Positions 1-9,594 of a stretch of DNA of 64,000 nt are shown here, in pieces. The translations under genes and the position numbers were made by a program. Origin of the DNA: Candidatus Peribacterales bacterium (GTDB taxonomy: Bacteria; Patescibacteriota; Gracilibacteria; Peribacterales; Peribacteraceae); NCBI GenBank assembly GCA_020058765.1, contig JAGVDM010000001.1, forward strand, positions 84,963 to 148,962, given 5' to 3'. How positions within the stretch are numbered: the stretch's first letter is position 1; every line of letters begins with the position of its first letter. The notes below the pieces were generated by a model, which ran no database searches, was not told where the DNA came from, and was given only the letters and a program-made list of their open reading frames with translations.

Positions 1-43
1 GCACCACGTGCTTGCCACCCTTGGTATCGGGCACAGACGCTCT

Positions 44-2332
44 CTAGAACATTGAAAGCTGGTCCTTCTTTGACGTAGGTATTTTTGGCTGTTCTGCCTG
101 TTGTCCCTGTGGGGGATTCTCTGCGTCTCCTGCTATCGCACGCAGATATTTCCATGTCTGTCGACCGTACTCTTTGGCCTCCAGTCGTGTATCCAAAAAT
201 CGCACGTCGCTTTCTTTCGTGCCGAATGCGTTAAATGTGCGCAGTAGCCGGTGCAGCCTATGGCGGAGGCGAGGCAGGGAATAGAGGCCAAATCCATCCG
301 CATAGTGCTCCGCGCGCTTACTGAACACGGGGTTAGCTGGGTGGTCGAACGGGAGACTCTCTATTACGAGGTGGTGCGCCGTTTCGGGAGGGAGCTCTAC
401 GGTTTCAAATGACCAAGGCGTAATGGCCCACACAACCGGAGCTTCCGCTGCACAGAACTCTGCCTGCATTCGGCCAGTGCCTCCGCTCAATCCTTGGCAG
501 ATGAGCGTAACTCCGCGCTGCTCTGCCTCTTCTGCAAATCGCACAAATACATCTTCAATTCTGCCGCGACTGCCCATCAGCAGAATCGTCTTGCCTGGGA
601 GCGGATGCTTCACCAAATCCTCCGGCTTGATTTCTGGTGTATAGAGCAATGGCACAGGAGAGCTCACCGTACCGGGGATAACACTGGTGGGCATTTCTCG
701 TGCAACGATTTCCTGCAAGTGCTCCGCGCTCTGTGGCGGCACAAGGAGTGACACGCGGAAGCGATCGTAGAGCTGCTCCTTGAGCAGTGCACTCACACGA
801 TCTGGCGTTGCCTCCAGGAACTGGCTGCCGTTTTGTCGTGTTTCGATCCAGGTGATCCACCCCTTCTCTTCGCCGCTCTTGAACCACTCACGGATTGCGC
901 CAAGCATGCGTCGCACGTGAGGAACAGTTGTTCGCTCCTCTACCTGTGCTACCAGCTTTGCGAGCTGGATTGCATCACCAGTGCGTACGTCCTTTGTTGT
1001 TACATAGTGCACGTCGTGCATGGCACGAGTCTTCTCCACCCAGAGCTGCAGTAGGTCTGTAAGGCCAGTAAGAGCACTGTCACCTTCTGCAGCAGCCCGC
1101 AAGTCATCAAGCGCACAGAACCATCCGTAGGCGCGTGTAGCGGTGTCCTCGAGCATAGATGCATCATCGATGATGATGTGTACATCACCTGCCAGCAGTG
1201 CGTAGCCGGGATGACCGGTATTGGCGGCGATTTCTAACAATTGCCGGTGGTTGAGCACCGTAAGTGGACCGAGTTCTGTAAATTGCGCAGTAAATCCATC
1301 AGATCCATCGGTACAGGCGAGCTTGCCGCCCCATACGCTGCGCTCATCGCCATGAATCGGTGCATCTTCTGTTGTGCGTGGTTCGTACCACGCGAGCTTG
1401 AGCGCAATTGTCGCCTCGTCTGCGGTGTACTGTTCCTGCGAAGCGAGCGCTTCTGCATGCGCCGCATCAAGCAGATGATACGCGGGGTGAATAACGGTTA
1501 CGTCTGCAGGGAGTTCCCCCGTACGCAGACTGGCATGCAAATTCTTTACGGCAAGCACGCGCCGCACGGGTGAAGGCGATCGGGCGATGCTTCCCAAAAA
1601 ACCGCGATTGAGCGGCTCTTCCACCAACTGGAGCTGCCCGCGATCAGGTAGTGGTATCTCTCTACTTTCGTTATGTGTACCTGCGGCAGCCATCGGCGGC
1701 ATACGTAGCCACATTGGCTGGTGCGTGGCTGTTGCCTTCGGTAGTGCGCCAAAGAGCTGACGGTAGCCCTCGGGTGCCCGCTGCATAATCGAGCGCAGTG
1801 GCACTTCCAGCTCGGGTGTTATCTGCTCCAAACGTTCCCAACAATGTGCAAGGAGCTCCATCGTTGCTCGCACATCACCAAGTGCACGGTGCACTGGGGC
1901 ATGATTCAGCTTGAGCACCCGGCTCATGTAGCCGAGCGAATAACTCTCCAATTCGGGGAACACCACACTTGCGAGCATCGACGTATCGATCCATGGTCGA
2001 TCGGTGAGGTCGATACCCTCACCCTTGAGCATGCGCAAATCGAAGCCCACGTTCTGCCCCACGATCAATGCGCCATCCCCAATGCGTCGCGTGATTGCAT
2101 CACGCACTTCATCCATGGTCGGCTGATCCGCCAACGCTTCGGGGTGAATGTGTGTGAGCGCCACCACCTGCGCAGGGATCTCGTCTGGTATGCGGATCAG
2201 TTGTTCAAACTCATCTACCACCTTGCCACCTTCAATGCGCATGGAAGCGAACTCAATGACGCGATTCACGCGGGGGACAAACCCCGTTGTTTCTGTATCC
2301 AGCACAACCAGCGGAATAGATGGCAGCTTCAC
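44..2332 (-). CDS. DEDDh 3'-5' exonuclease fused to a degenerate DinG-type helicase body
   Basis: N-terminal DTETTG, NVGFD and HRALGD exonuclease motifs; C-terminal DinG-like elements (LPFDHP, LDTRL..KEYG); no Walker A, and the DEAH position reads DDAS. Confidence 0.8.
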   Translation of the reverse strand: MKLPSIPLVVLDTETTGFVPRVNRVIEFASMRIEGGKVVDEFEQLIRIPDEIPAQVVALTHIHPEALADQPTMDEVRDAITRRIGDGALIVGQNVGFDLRMLKGEGIDLTDRPWIDTSMLASVVFPELESYSLGYMSRVLKLNHAPVHRALGDVRATMELLAHCWERLEQITPELEVPLRSIMQRAPEGYRQLFGALPKATATHQPMWLRMPPMAAAGTHNESREIPLPDRGQLQLVEEPLNRGFLGSIARSPSPVRRVLAVKNLHASLRTGELPADVTVIHPAYHLLDAAHAEALASQEQYTADEATIALKLAWYEPRTTEDAPIHGDERSVWGGKLACTDGSDGFTAQFTELGPLTVLNHRQLLEIAANTGHPGYALLAGDVHIIIDDASMLEDTATRAYGWFCALDDLRAAAEGDSALTGLTDLLQLWVEKTRAMHDVHYVTTKDVRTGDAIQLAKLVAQVEERTTVPHVRRMLGAIREWFKSGEEKGWITWIETRQNGSQFLEATPDRVSALLKEQLYDRFRVSLLVPPQSAEHLQEIVAREMPTSVIPGTVSSPVPLLYTPEIKPEDLVKHPLPGKTILLMGSRGRIEDVFVRFAEEAEQRGVTLICQGLSGGTGRMQAEFCAAEAPVVWAITPWSFETVELPPETAHHLVIESLPFDHPANPVFSKRAEHYADGFGLYSLPRLRHRLHRLLRTFNAFGTKESDVRFLDTRLEAKEYGRQTWKYLRAIAGDAENPPQGQQAEQPKIPTSKKDQLSMF

Positions 2333-2356
2333 GCGAGCATCCTAGCGGACGCAGGG

Positions 2357-3622
2357 TTACTTGGCCTCCTCTTCTTTTGGCGTTTCTTCTGCTGGAGCAT
2401 CGGCAGGTGCCTCTTCTGCGGGAGCAGCAACTGCGGCGGCTTTGCTTTTCTTCCCCTTCGGTGGGGCAGCTTCCTCCGCACCGTCTTCTGCAGTGTTGAA
2501 CTCCGTCACGATCACTTCTCCTCCGCGCAGCTCAGCAAGCTTCGCCTTGAAGGCAGGGAGCTCTTCGTAGTTATACATGTCGAGTTCGAAACCGGTGAGC
2601 TCTGTTGCAAGGCGAATGTTCTGACCCTTCTTTCCAATGGCCATTGGGCGCTGTGCCTCTTCCACAAAGACGGCAGCGCGCTTTTTGATGCGGCGGCCTT
2701 CGTCGTCTACCAACTCCTGGTCGTTCACAATGATCACAGCAGAAATAGCAGCTGGCTGTAGAGCAGTCGAGATGAGTTTGATTGGGTCTTCGCTCCACTC
2801 AATCATATCCACGCGCTCGCCATTCAACTCTTCCATCACTGCCTGAATGCGCACGCCCTTCTGACCCACGCAGGCGCCGATCGGATCGATGCGGGGATCA
2901 TTGCTCTTCACAGCAACTTTGCTACGGAAGCCAGGGTCACGAGCGATAGCCATGATCTCCACGTCACCGTTGCGCACTTCAGGGATTTCCAGATCGAGCA
3001 ACTTTCGCACTAAGCCCTTGTGCGTGCGGGAAATTCGCAACTGAGGGCCCTTGCCCGTCATCTCTACTGTGTCCAGGTACACGCGAATACGTTTCCCTGT
3101 GTAGTAGTGCTCACCCTGGATCTGTTCGCGCCAAGGGAGGCTCACGGTCATGCCTTCAATTTCCAGCGTAACCCAGTTGTGCTCCACTTTGGTTACCGTG
3201 GCGGTGAGGAGCTCTTCCTCGCGCCCCTTGAACATGGTGTACAAGCTCTGCTTTTCTGCCTCTTGGATCTTCTGCAAGATCACCTGCTTTGCAGCCTGAG
3301 CGGCAATGCGGCCGTACTCCACAGGCGTTACATCAATCTCGATCTCATCACCCTCTTCTGCATCGTGCTTCATCTTCCGTGCATCCTTCAGGCTGATTTC
3401 GAAGTTATCGTTCTCCACGTCTTCCACTACTTCCTTCACAAGAAGAATCACCGGCATGTCTTGCCCTTCCTTCAGATCTACACGGATCTCCTGCTCCTTG
3501 TTCCCGTAATCTTTGCGGTATGCGGTAGCGATCGCCTGTTTTACGGCGTCGAGCACCTGCTCCGGGTTCACATTTTTCTCGGAACAGATTTGGTTGATAG
3601 CAGCGATGAATGAGGCTCGCAT
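2357..3622 (-). CDS. nusA: Transcription termination/antitermination factor NusA
   Basis: GRIAAQAAKQ, S1 region, ARDPGFRSK, DPIGACVG and AIGKKGQNIRLA KH motifs; start moved to ATG 3622 (MRASF). Confidence 0.97.
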   Translation of the reverse strand: MRASFIAAINQICSEKNVNPEQVLDAVKQAIATAYRKDYGNKEQEIRVDLKEGQDMPVILLVKEVVEDVENDNFEISLKDARKMKHDAEEGDEIEIDVTPVEYGRIAAQAAKQVILQKIQEAEKQSLYTMFKGREEELLTATVTKVEHNWVTLEIEGMTVSLPWREQIQGEHYYTGKRIRVYLDTVEMTGKGPQLRISRTHKGLVRKLLDLEIPEVRNGDVEIMAIARDPGFRSKVAVKSNDPRIDPIGACVGQKGVRIQAVMEELNGERVDMIEWSEDPIKLISTALQPAAISAVIIVNDQELVDDEGRRIKKRAAVFVEEAQRPMAIGKKGQNIRLATELTGFELDMYNYEELPAFKAKLAELRGGEVIVTEFNTAEDGAEEAAPPKGKKSKAAAVAAPAEEAPADAPAEETPKEEEAK

Positions 3623-3639
3623 GACTGAAGATGGGGAAG

Positions 3640-3673
3640 AAAAAACCCACCATCCCGACGATGCGGGATAGTG
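3640..3673 (-). terminator. Intrinsic terminator-like hairpin in the nusA 5' leader (putative attenuator)
   Basis: Minus strand CACTATCCCG-CATCGT-CGGGATGGTG-GG-TTTTTT between the promoter and the nusA start. Confidence 0.65.
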
Positions 3674-3699
3674 ATGATTCAGAACGATCCGACAAGCAA

Positions 3700-3728
3700 A
3701 GTGTACCCATCGTTTTGCCAGCTGGCAA
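3700..3728 (-). promoter_or_regulatory. Sigma70-like promoter of nusA
   Basis: TTGCCA (3728-3723), 17 bp spacer, TACACT (3705-3700). Confidence 0.65.
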
Positions 3729-3776
3729 GTTGTTGGCGAACGTTCCAAACGAGGCAATTCCTGCTAGCCTGTACCC

Positions 3777-4208
3777 GTGCATATCTTCGCCTTCACAGCA
3801 GCGGCAAGCGCCATCTTGAGTCTTGGCATCGCATTGCTGACCGATGCGTTCCTTGGCGAACGGATCGCCATCCTTGGTGATTGGGTTGGCCTGCAGCTGT
3901 CGCATAATCCAGGTATAGCGTTTGGTCTGCACCTCGGCCCGTATCAAGATGCGGTCATTATCACCGCCATCCTTGCGCTTGTATGGGCTGCGCACCGCAC
4001 TGCACGTACCCGTATAGAACAGGTGGCATTCGGCCTTGTGATTGGTGGAGGCATCGCGAACGCAATAGATCGTGTGCTGGATGGTGTAGTAACCGACATG
4101 GTGCAGGTTGGTACATTCCCCATTTTTAACATGGCGGATATTTGCATTAACGTCGGTGCAGGATTGCTCCTTCTCAGTCTTGCACGAGAGTGGTGGAAAG
4201 GGCGTTAG
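3777..4208 (+). CDS. lspA: Lipoprotein signal peptidase II
   Basis: NPGIAFG, GGGIANAIDR, VTD and FNMAD motifs; hydrophobic. Confidence 0.93.
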   Translation: MHIFAFTAAASAILSLGIALLTDAFLGERIAILGDWVGLQLSHNPGIAFGLHLGPYQDAVIITAILALVWAAHRTARTRIEQVAFGLVIGGGIANAIDRVLDGVVTDMVQVGTFPIFNMADICINVGAGLLLLSLAREWWKGR

Positions 4209-4301
4209 GTGCGAAAAACGGCACCAGAAACAGAGAGGGAAAGACCCGGGAAAATGCTGGTAGAAAGCCGCATATAGGCTATGATGGCGTCTCCGCTTCT
4301 T

Positions 4302-5600
4302 ATGGACGTGCGGTATCACATCGACGGCGGATTCGCCCTGCGTGGAGACGTCACGATTAGTGGGTCGAAAAATGCTGCGTTGCCCATGATTGCAGCGAGC
4401 ATTCTTGCATCTGGTGAGACCGTGCTCCACAACGTGCCACGATTGAGCGACACACTGAAAATGCTCGAAATTCTCGAGTTTCTGGGGGCTGAAACCTCGT
4501 TCCAGGATAATACGGTGCGCATTCGCACACACAACCTCCAATCCAAGCCGATCCCGAAAGAGCTCGTATCATCCCTGCGTGGATCGATTGTGATCTTGGG
4601 GCCATTGCTCGCGCGCTTTGGTGTAGTGGAAATGTCGTATCCCGGTGGGTGCGTGCTCGGCAAGCGTCCCGTTGGCCCGCACATTACTGCACTCAAACAG
4701 CTTGGTGCCGAAGATATGAGCACAGACGAAGTGCTCCATCTACAGGGCACCCTCAAGCCGGCGCATGTCATCCTGCCGGAGTTCTCGGTCACCGCCACGG
4801 AGAACGTGGTACTAGCAGCTGCATTGGTACCGGGCGAAACAGTCATTGAGCTTGCAGCAGCGGAGCCGCATGTGCAGGAAGTAGAGCGCATGGCGGCAGC
4901 TATGGGTGCGCATATCGAAGGAATTGGTACACACACCGTGCGCGTGACAGGTGCGAAGCAGCTTCACCCTACCGAGCATCGTGTTCCGTTCGATTATCTG
5001 GAGGCAGGCGCGTTTACCATTGGCGCACTTGTGACGCGGGGAAAGGTGCGCATGCATGATGTCGACCAGTCACACCTACTCTCATTTCTTGATTCCGTCC
5101 GTCGTCTTGGCGGTGTGTGGCGTTACGATGCGGGCGAGCAAATTCTCTTTGTGGATGGCGAGATTTCCTCTCTTGTGTCTGGTGAGGTGCGTACGAATAT
5201 CTTCCCAGGGTTCCCTACCGATCTACAGGCGCCCATGGGTGTGCTTATGACGCAGGCAAATGGTGTGAGTCGAGTATTCGAGCGCCTGTATGAGGGGCGT
5301 ATGGCGTATCTCTACGAGCTCGAAAAAATGGGGGCACACGTGGAAATCCTCAATGCGCACCAGGCGCTCATCATTGGGCCTCGCCAGCTCAAAGGCCGCA
5401 TTGTTGCCAGTAACGATATTCGTGCAGGTGTAGGCATGGTGCTTGCCGCTCTCTGCGCCGAGGGACATTCCACCATTACCGATGTTCGTTACATTGAGCG
5501 CGGCTACGATCGCCTAGAAGACAAATTGCGTGGGCTCGGCGCCAAGATCGAAAAAACAATTGTAGAGGCACCGCAGCCAGAAGCCGTAGCACGCTCATAA
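4302..5600 (+). CDS. murA: UDP-N-acetylglucosamine 1-carboxyvinyltransferase
   Basis: SGSKNAALP, PGGCVLGKRPV (catalytic Cys loop), FPGFPTDLQ, DIRAG, IERGY; start uncertain (4281 or 4302). Confidence 0.97.
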   Translation: MDVRYHIDGGFALRGDVTISGSKNAALPMIAASILASGETVLHNVPRLSDTLKMLEILEFLGAETSFQDNTVRIRTHNLQSKPIPKELVSSLRGSIVILGPLLARFGVVEMSYPGGCVLGKRPVGPHITALKQLGAEDMSTDEVLHLQGTLKPAHVILPEFSVTATENVVLAAALVPGETVIELAAAEPHVQEVERMAAAMGAHIEGIGTHTVRVTGAKQLHPTEHRVPFDYLEAGAFTIGALVTRGKVRMHDVDQSHLLSFLDSVRRLGGVWRYDAGEQILFVDGEISSLVSGEVRTNIFPGFPTDLQAPMGVLMTQANGVSRVFERLYEGRMAYLYELEKMGAHVEILNAHQALIIGPRQLKGRIVASNDIRAGVGMVLAALCAEGHSTITDVRYIERGYDRLEDKLRGLGAKIEKTIVEAPQPEAVARS

Positions 5601-5663
5601 GTCACCGCGTAAAACACGCCAAACAGCTTTTGTTCTCCATCGAAGTTCCCTATCATTTCGCCA

Positions 5664-6203
5664 ATGCTTACCATTACTTCAGAAAAAGGCTCTCTGCTGC
5701 TCAATGTGGGCAAGCGTACAGTGGTCATCTTCCCCGATGCCAGCCGTAAAGTCGCATCCGGTGAATTGCATTTACTCGGTGCGCCCGAGGAAGAATCTCG
5801 AGAGGGGGTCATCTCTTGGCCTGGTGAATACGATGTGGATGGAATCGCCATTCGTGGCATTGGTCACGAGGAAGGAAAGGCAGTTTCCTACATGCTAGAA
5901 GTAGAAGGTGTGCACTTTGGGCTCGTACACTCTCCACTTGCGGAGTGGTCAGATTACGAAGTGGAATTGATGGGCAATATCGATGTGCTATGCGTACCAT
6001 CAGATAATCCCAAGGTGGTGCAAAAACTCGTGGATGACATCGATCCACGTGTGCTGATTCCCGTGAAGACAGGTGGCGGCGAGAAGTACGCAGAAACGCT
6101 CAAGGTGTGCGGAGCTACAGGCAAAGAAACAGTGGAAAAGTATGTAGTGAAGACGAGCGGTCTCCCCTCAGAGGGGCGCGAAGTCGTCATCTTCGCCGAC
6201 TAG
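5664..6203 (+). CDS. Degenerate MBL-fold (Lactamase_B_3-like) protein
   Basis: WPGEYDVDGIAIRG, GNIDVLCVP and IDPRVLIP match the family pattern; no HxHxDH motif. Confidence 0.65.
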   Translation: MLTITSEKGSLLLNVGKRTVVIFPDASRKVASGELHLLGAPEEESREGVISWPGEYDVDGIAIRGIGHEEGKAVSYMLEVEGVHFGLVHSPLAEWSDYEVELMGNIDVLCVPSDNPKVVQKLVDDIDPRVLIPVKTGGGEKYAETLKVCGATGKETVEKYVVKTSGLPSEGREVVIFAD

Positions 6204-6257
6204 CTTTTCCTGCCAAGTCCTTACGCTGGTGCCTGCATTGCGCCATACTTTGCGTGT

Positions 6258-6332
6258 GGTCCCGTAGTTCAATGGATAGAACGACCCTCTCCTAAGGGGT
6301 AAATGCAGGTTCGATTCCCGCCGGGACTACCA
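6258..6332 (+). tRNA. tRNA-Arg (CCT)
   Basis: GGTCCCG acceptor stem, D-arm TAGTTCAATGGATAGAAC, anticodon loop CTCCTAA, GGTTCGATTCC T-arm, encoded CCA. Confidence 0.95.
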
Positions 6333-6337
6333 CAATC

Positions 6338-6871
6338 ATGACTTCGTACGTCGCTTTCCTCCGGGGTATCAATGTCGGCGGGAACAAAAAGGTTCCCATG
6401 GCCGATCTAAAAAAATTACTCGAGAGTCTTGGGCACAAGAATGTACGAACGCTTCTCGCGAGCGGGAATGCGATTTTTGATGTGTCATCCGGCACGGCAG
6501 CTACGCTGAAGAAAGACATTGAATCTGCATTCACCAAGAAGTTTGGGTTCTCCTCGCATATCATTTTGCGCACTATCGACGATATCGCAGCATTGGTTCA
6601 TTCCAACCCCTTTCGAGGCATTCCGGTTACCAAGGACACACGGCTCTACGTGACATTTTTCACAGACAAGCCGACCAGCAAGCTCAAAACGTACACTTCT
6701 CCCGATGGGAACTTTCGTATTTTGCGGGTGTCAGAGTTCGAGCTATGCAGCGTGCTTACAGTTGCGCCAAACAGCCGCTCCGTAGATCTTATGGCGATTG
6801 TAGAGAAAGAATTCGGCAAGAACGTCACCACTCGCAACTGGAACACTATCGAAAAAATCCTGGGAAAATAA
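6338..6871 (+). CDS. DUF1697 family protein
   Basis: YVAFLRGINVGG..KVPM, VRTLLASGN and C-terminal TTRNWNT signatures. Confidence 0.9.
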   Translation: MTSYVAFLRGINVGGNKKVPMADLKKLLESLGHKNVRTLLASGNAIFDVSSGTAATLKKDIESAFTKKFGFSSHIILRTIDDIAALVHSNPFRGIPVTKDTRLYVTFFTDKPTSKLKTYTSPDGNFRILRVSEFELCSVLTVAPNSRSVDLMAIVEKEFGKNVTTRNWNTIEKILGK

Positions 6872-6916
6872 ATCGTCAAGTTGTAACGATTTTGAACAGA
6901 GAGCGTCTTCACACTC

Positions 6917-7453
6917 ATGACCCGCGCTCACGCCCGCGATCCGCTTGTTGTTGTGTATAGCGAACACAAGAAAAATCGCAGATTTTCGAACCTTGCGCAG
7001 CGTGTTGCGCGGTATAAACATGCAGTCATGCGAGGCGCTCCACCTGAAGATGACGACGTCGAAACCTCCGTGCTGAGCGGTGAATATTCCACGGGAGCGA
7101 GTGATACTGCGGTGATGGAAGCAACTGTGTTGGAATCCGACAGCGCGCCGATTGCTCTAGAGCCACATCCCGCGGTGCGGAAAATCGTAGATTTCCTCCG
7201 TGGTGGGAACTTTGGCAGATTGGAAAAATTTGAATGGGGATTCACGCAAGATGGGAAGAGTGATGGTGCTGTTGCAGAAGGTCATACTCCTGAAGGTGCG
7301 AAGGTGAAGATTTCTGTCGATCGTGGGAGATCATTGCGCCTCGATTTGAGCGGCGTTCAGCAGAGATACTCTTTGTCAGTATTTGATTTGATGGCTCAGG
7401 GAAAGGAAGTGCACGTACTCCAGACAATTCAGCAGTACATGCGAGGGTGGTAA
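6917..7453 (+). CDS. Hypothetical protein
   Basis: 178 aa ORF filling the gap in a co-oriented run; no recognised motif; start uncertain. Confidence 0.55.
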   Translation: MTRAHARDPLVVVYSEHKKNRRFSNLAQRVARYKHAVMRGAPPEDDDVETSVLSGEYSTGASDTAVMEATVLESDSAPIALEPHPAVRKIVDFLRGGNFGRLEKFEWGFTQDGKSDGAVAEGHTPEGAKVKISVDRGRSLRLDLSGVQQRYSLSVFDLMAQGKEVHVLQTIQQYMRGW

Positions 7454-7489
7454 TTTGGAGACAGGAGTAGCCTACAAGATGCTTTGGCT

Positions 7490-7846
7490 ATGAATGTTCT
7501 CCTTCTGCCGGCTCCCCCAGCGATTCATGCACATATGCTGGTGGAGGCCGCAGCCCCAGAGAAGGAGGTTGTGGAAGTCCGCGAACAGAAACGTCAAACA
7601 CTTGCGGACATTGCATCGCTGCTCAATAACACATACACAGATGTGCATTTCACTATGCGTGGGTCAATGTTGCATGGTGCCAGTTGGTGCGGTCGAGTAG
7701 AGGTGGAAATCACACAAAAGAGCGACGAAATTCATTTTGTGATCTACGGCACCGAGGCAGGCGCAACAGGCATGATTCGCGACACGGAAGACGTATACGC
7801 ATTCATACGAGAATCATTACAGGATTGCTGCCAGAAGAGGCGATAA
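7490..7846 (+). CDS. Hypothetical protein
   Basis: About 118 aa ORF, co-oriented; no recognised motif. Confidence 0.5.
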   Translation: MNVLLLPAPPAIHAHMLVEAAAPEKEVVEVREQKRQTLADIASLLNNTYTDVHFTMRGSMLHGASWCGRVEVEITQKSDEIHFVIYGTEAGATGMIRDTEDVYAFIRESLQDCCQKRR

Positions 7847-7872
7847 GGAAGATCTGTGGTATACTGCGCCCC

Positions 7873-9594
7873 ATGCGAATCTCTGCATGGCTCTTCGTTA
7901 CAATTCTACTGCCCGTAAGCGCTTTTGCGCTCGATTATACCAATACCACGCTGCTCTATACCGATGCACCTTTTGCACCTGCAGAGAGCGCTGCGATCAG
8001 CGTGCTTACGAATTTGCACGCAGTGGAAGGGAACCCCGATGGTACATTCCGCCCAGAGCGCACGCTGAACCGCGCTGAATTTTTGAAAATCGTTCTCGCG
8101 AGTGCGCCCAATATCCGTGTCTCGCTGTCTGATGCAGCGAACTGTTTCCCCGATGTGCGGCAGCAAGATTGGTTTAGCCCGTACGTGTGCCTCGCGCAGA
8201 AGCGCGGGATTGTAAGTGGCTACCCAGATGGCACGTTCGGTCCCGCGAACCCCGTGAATTACGCCGAGGCGCTCAAGATGCTCGGTGAGCTGTACGAAGT
8301 TATGCGCTTCTGTGCGGAAGAAAGCTCCACTGATGGGTGCATCCGCTGGTCCGATTACCGGGAGCAATATCCGAGTCCTTGGTACGCGTCGTACGCACAG
8401 GTAGCCGCAGATCGTGGCACAGCACTTCCTATCAATTTGTCGTACGCAACGCCGCTTACACGTGGCCAAATGGCCAGGCTGGCTGCCGCCTATCGTGCAG
8501 ATCACGACGGCGAACTCGGGCGCTACCGCGCGGCGGAACGAGGTGAATATGTGCCAGTGCAATCCTCTGCTTCATCGGTGAGCAGCGCGTCCACATCGGC
8601 ATCTTCTGTAAGCAGTACGGGGAGTTCAGTATCTTCTAGCTCATCTGCGTCTTCTGTAGCGATGTTCGGCGAACCACAGTCACAAGCGCTGGTGCTTGGT
8701 GAGCAGAGCGAACCGATCGTACGCGGAATGTTCACTCCATGGACAGATGACGTCATCATTCGCATCGCGGAGATTGAACTGGATAAAGAGGTGAAGTCGT
8801 TCAAAGCTCTTCATCTTGTGAACCAAACAGGCGAAAAACTCGGTACGTTCACACTCGATATTTACGATCAGGAGAATGAGACATGGAAGGCATACTTCCA
8901 AACGTCAGACAATAAACGCCTCCCCAAAGGGCAGCAGACACGCCTCGGTGTGGTCGCTGATGTAAAAACGAGCGAGGAAGGAGGATTTTCTGGTGAATGG
9001 GTACAGGTCATGCAATTCATTATTACCGTGCAGAATGCAGGCGATGGGCAATCGAGCACCATCGTAGCTGCAGATCTGGAGCGGCCACCACATCTGGTCA
9101 CATTGGGCAAAATTACCGGGGTCGAAAACACGCTTGGCAGCGGCGGTACATTGAAAGTAGGGAGCAATCGTAAAGTGGCACGCTTCGCTTTCTCAGGAAG
9201 CACTCTCGAAGATGACGTGCTGCATGTTGAGCAACTCCTGTTCGACCTTGAGCGATCCTTTGGTCTGGAGCTCGGTAACTGGTCGATTGGTCGCCCAGGG
9301 GTAGTGGATCGTCAGCCGTGCTTTATGCAGGGGCCAAACCGCGTGAGCTGTTCGGTGATTCCAGAAAATCATGGACGCCTGCATGATGGCCAAGTGGAAC
9401 TGGAGCTCTTTGCGGATGTTGATCTGGCGCAGCCGTCCGATGATCGGACACTGCAAGTGTTCCTCATTGAGCCCGGCACCATTAGCGCAGGAGGCGCTGT
9501 GTGGTGGAACGACGACGTCACACGAGTGACATGGATCGAAACAGATGATCGCCCTATGTCGACGGGTCCGCTGTGGACGATCCGCGAGAATTAA
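7873..9594 (+). CDS. Secreted S-layer homology (SLH) domain protein with Ser-rich linker
   Basis: Signal peptide (MRISAWLFVTILLPVSAFA); SLH motifs GNPDGTFRPERTLNRAEF, GYPDGTFGPANPVNYAEA and LTRGQMA; poly-Ser linker; beta-rich C-terminus. Confidence 0.85.
   Translation: MRISAWLFVTILLPVSAFALDYTNTTLLYTDAPFAPAESAAISVLTNLHAVEGNPDGTFRPERTLNRAEFLKIVLASAPNIRVSLSDAANCFPDVRQQDWFSPYVCLAQKRGIVSGYPDGTFGPANPVNYAEALKMLGELYEVMRFCAEESSTDGCIRWSDYREQYPSPWYASYAQVAADRGTALPINLSYATPLTRGQMARLAAAYRADHDGELGRYRAAERGEYVPVQSSASSVSSASTSASSVSSTGSSVSSSSSASSVAMFGEPQSQALVLGEQSEPIVRGMFTPWTDDVIIRIAEIELDKEVKSFKALHLVNQTGEKLGTFTLDIYDQENETWKAYFQTSDNKRLPKGQQTRLGVVADVKTSEEGGFSGEWVQVMQFIITVQNAGDGQSSTIVAADLERPPHLVTLGKITGVENTLGSGGTLKVGSNRKVARFAFSGSTLEDDVLHVEQLLFDLERSFGLELGNWSIGRPGVVDRQPCFMQGPNRVSCSVIPENHGRLHDGQVELELFADVDLAQPSDDRTLQVFLIEPGTISAGGAVWWNDDVTRVTWIETDDRPMSTGPLWTIREN

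Noticed and set aside
8560-8660. Low-complexity TC-rich stretch as a DNA tandem repeat
   Set aside because: Explained by the Ser-rich linker of the SLH protein, with varied codons
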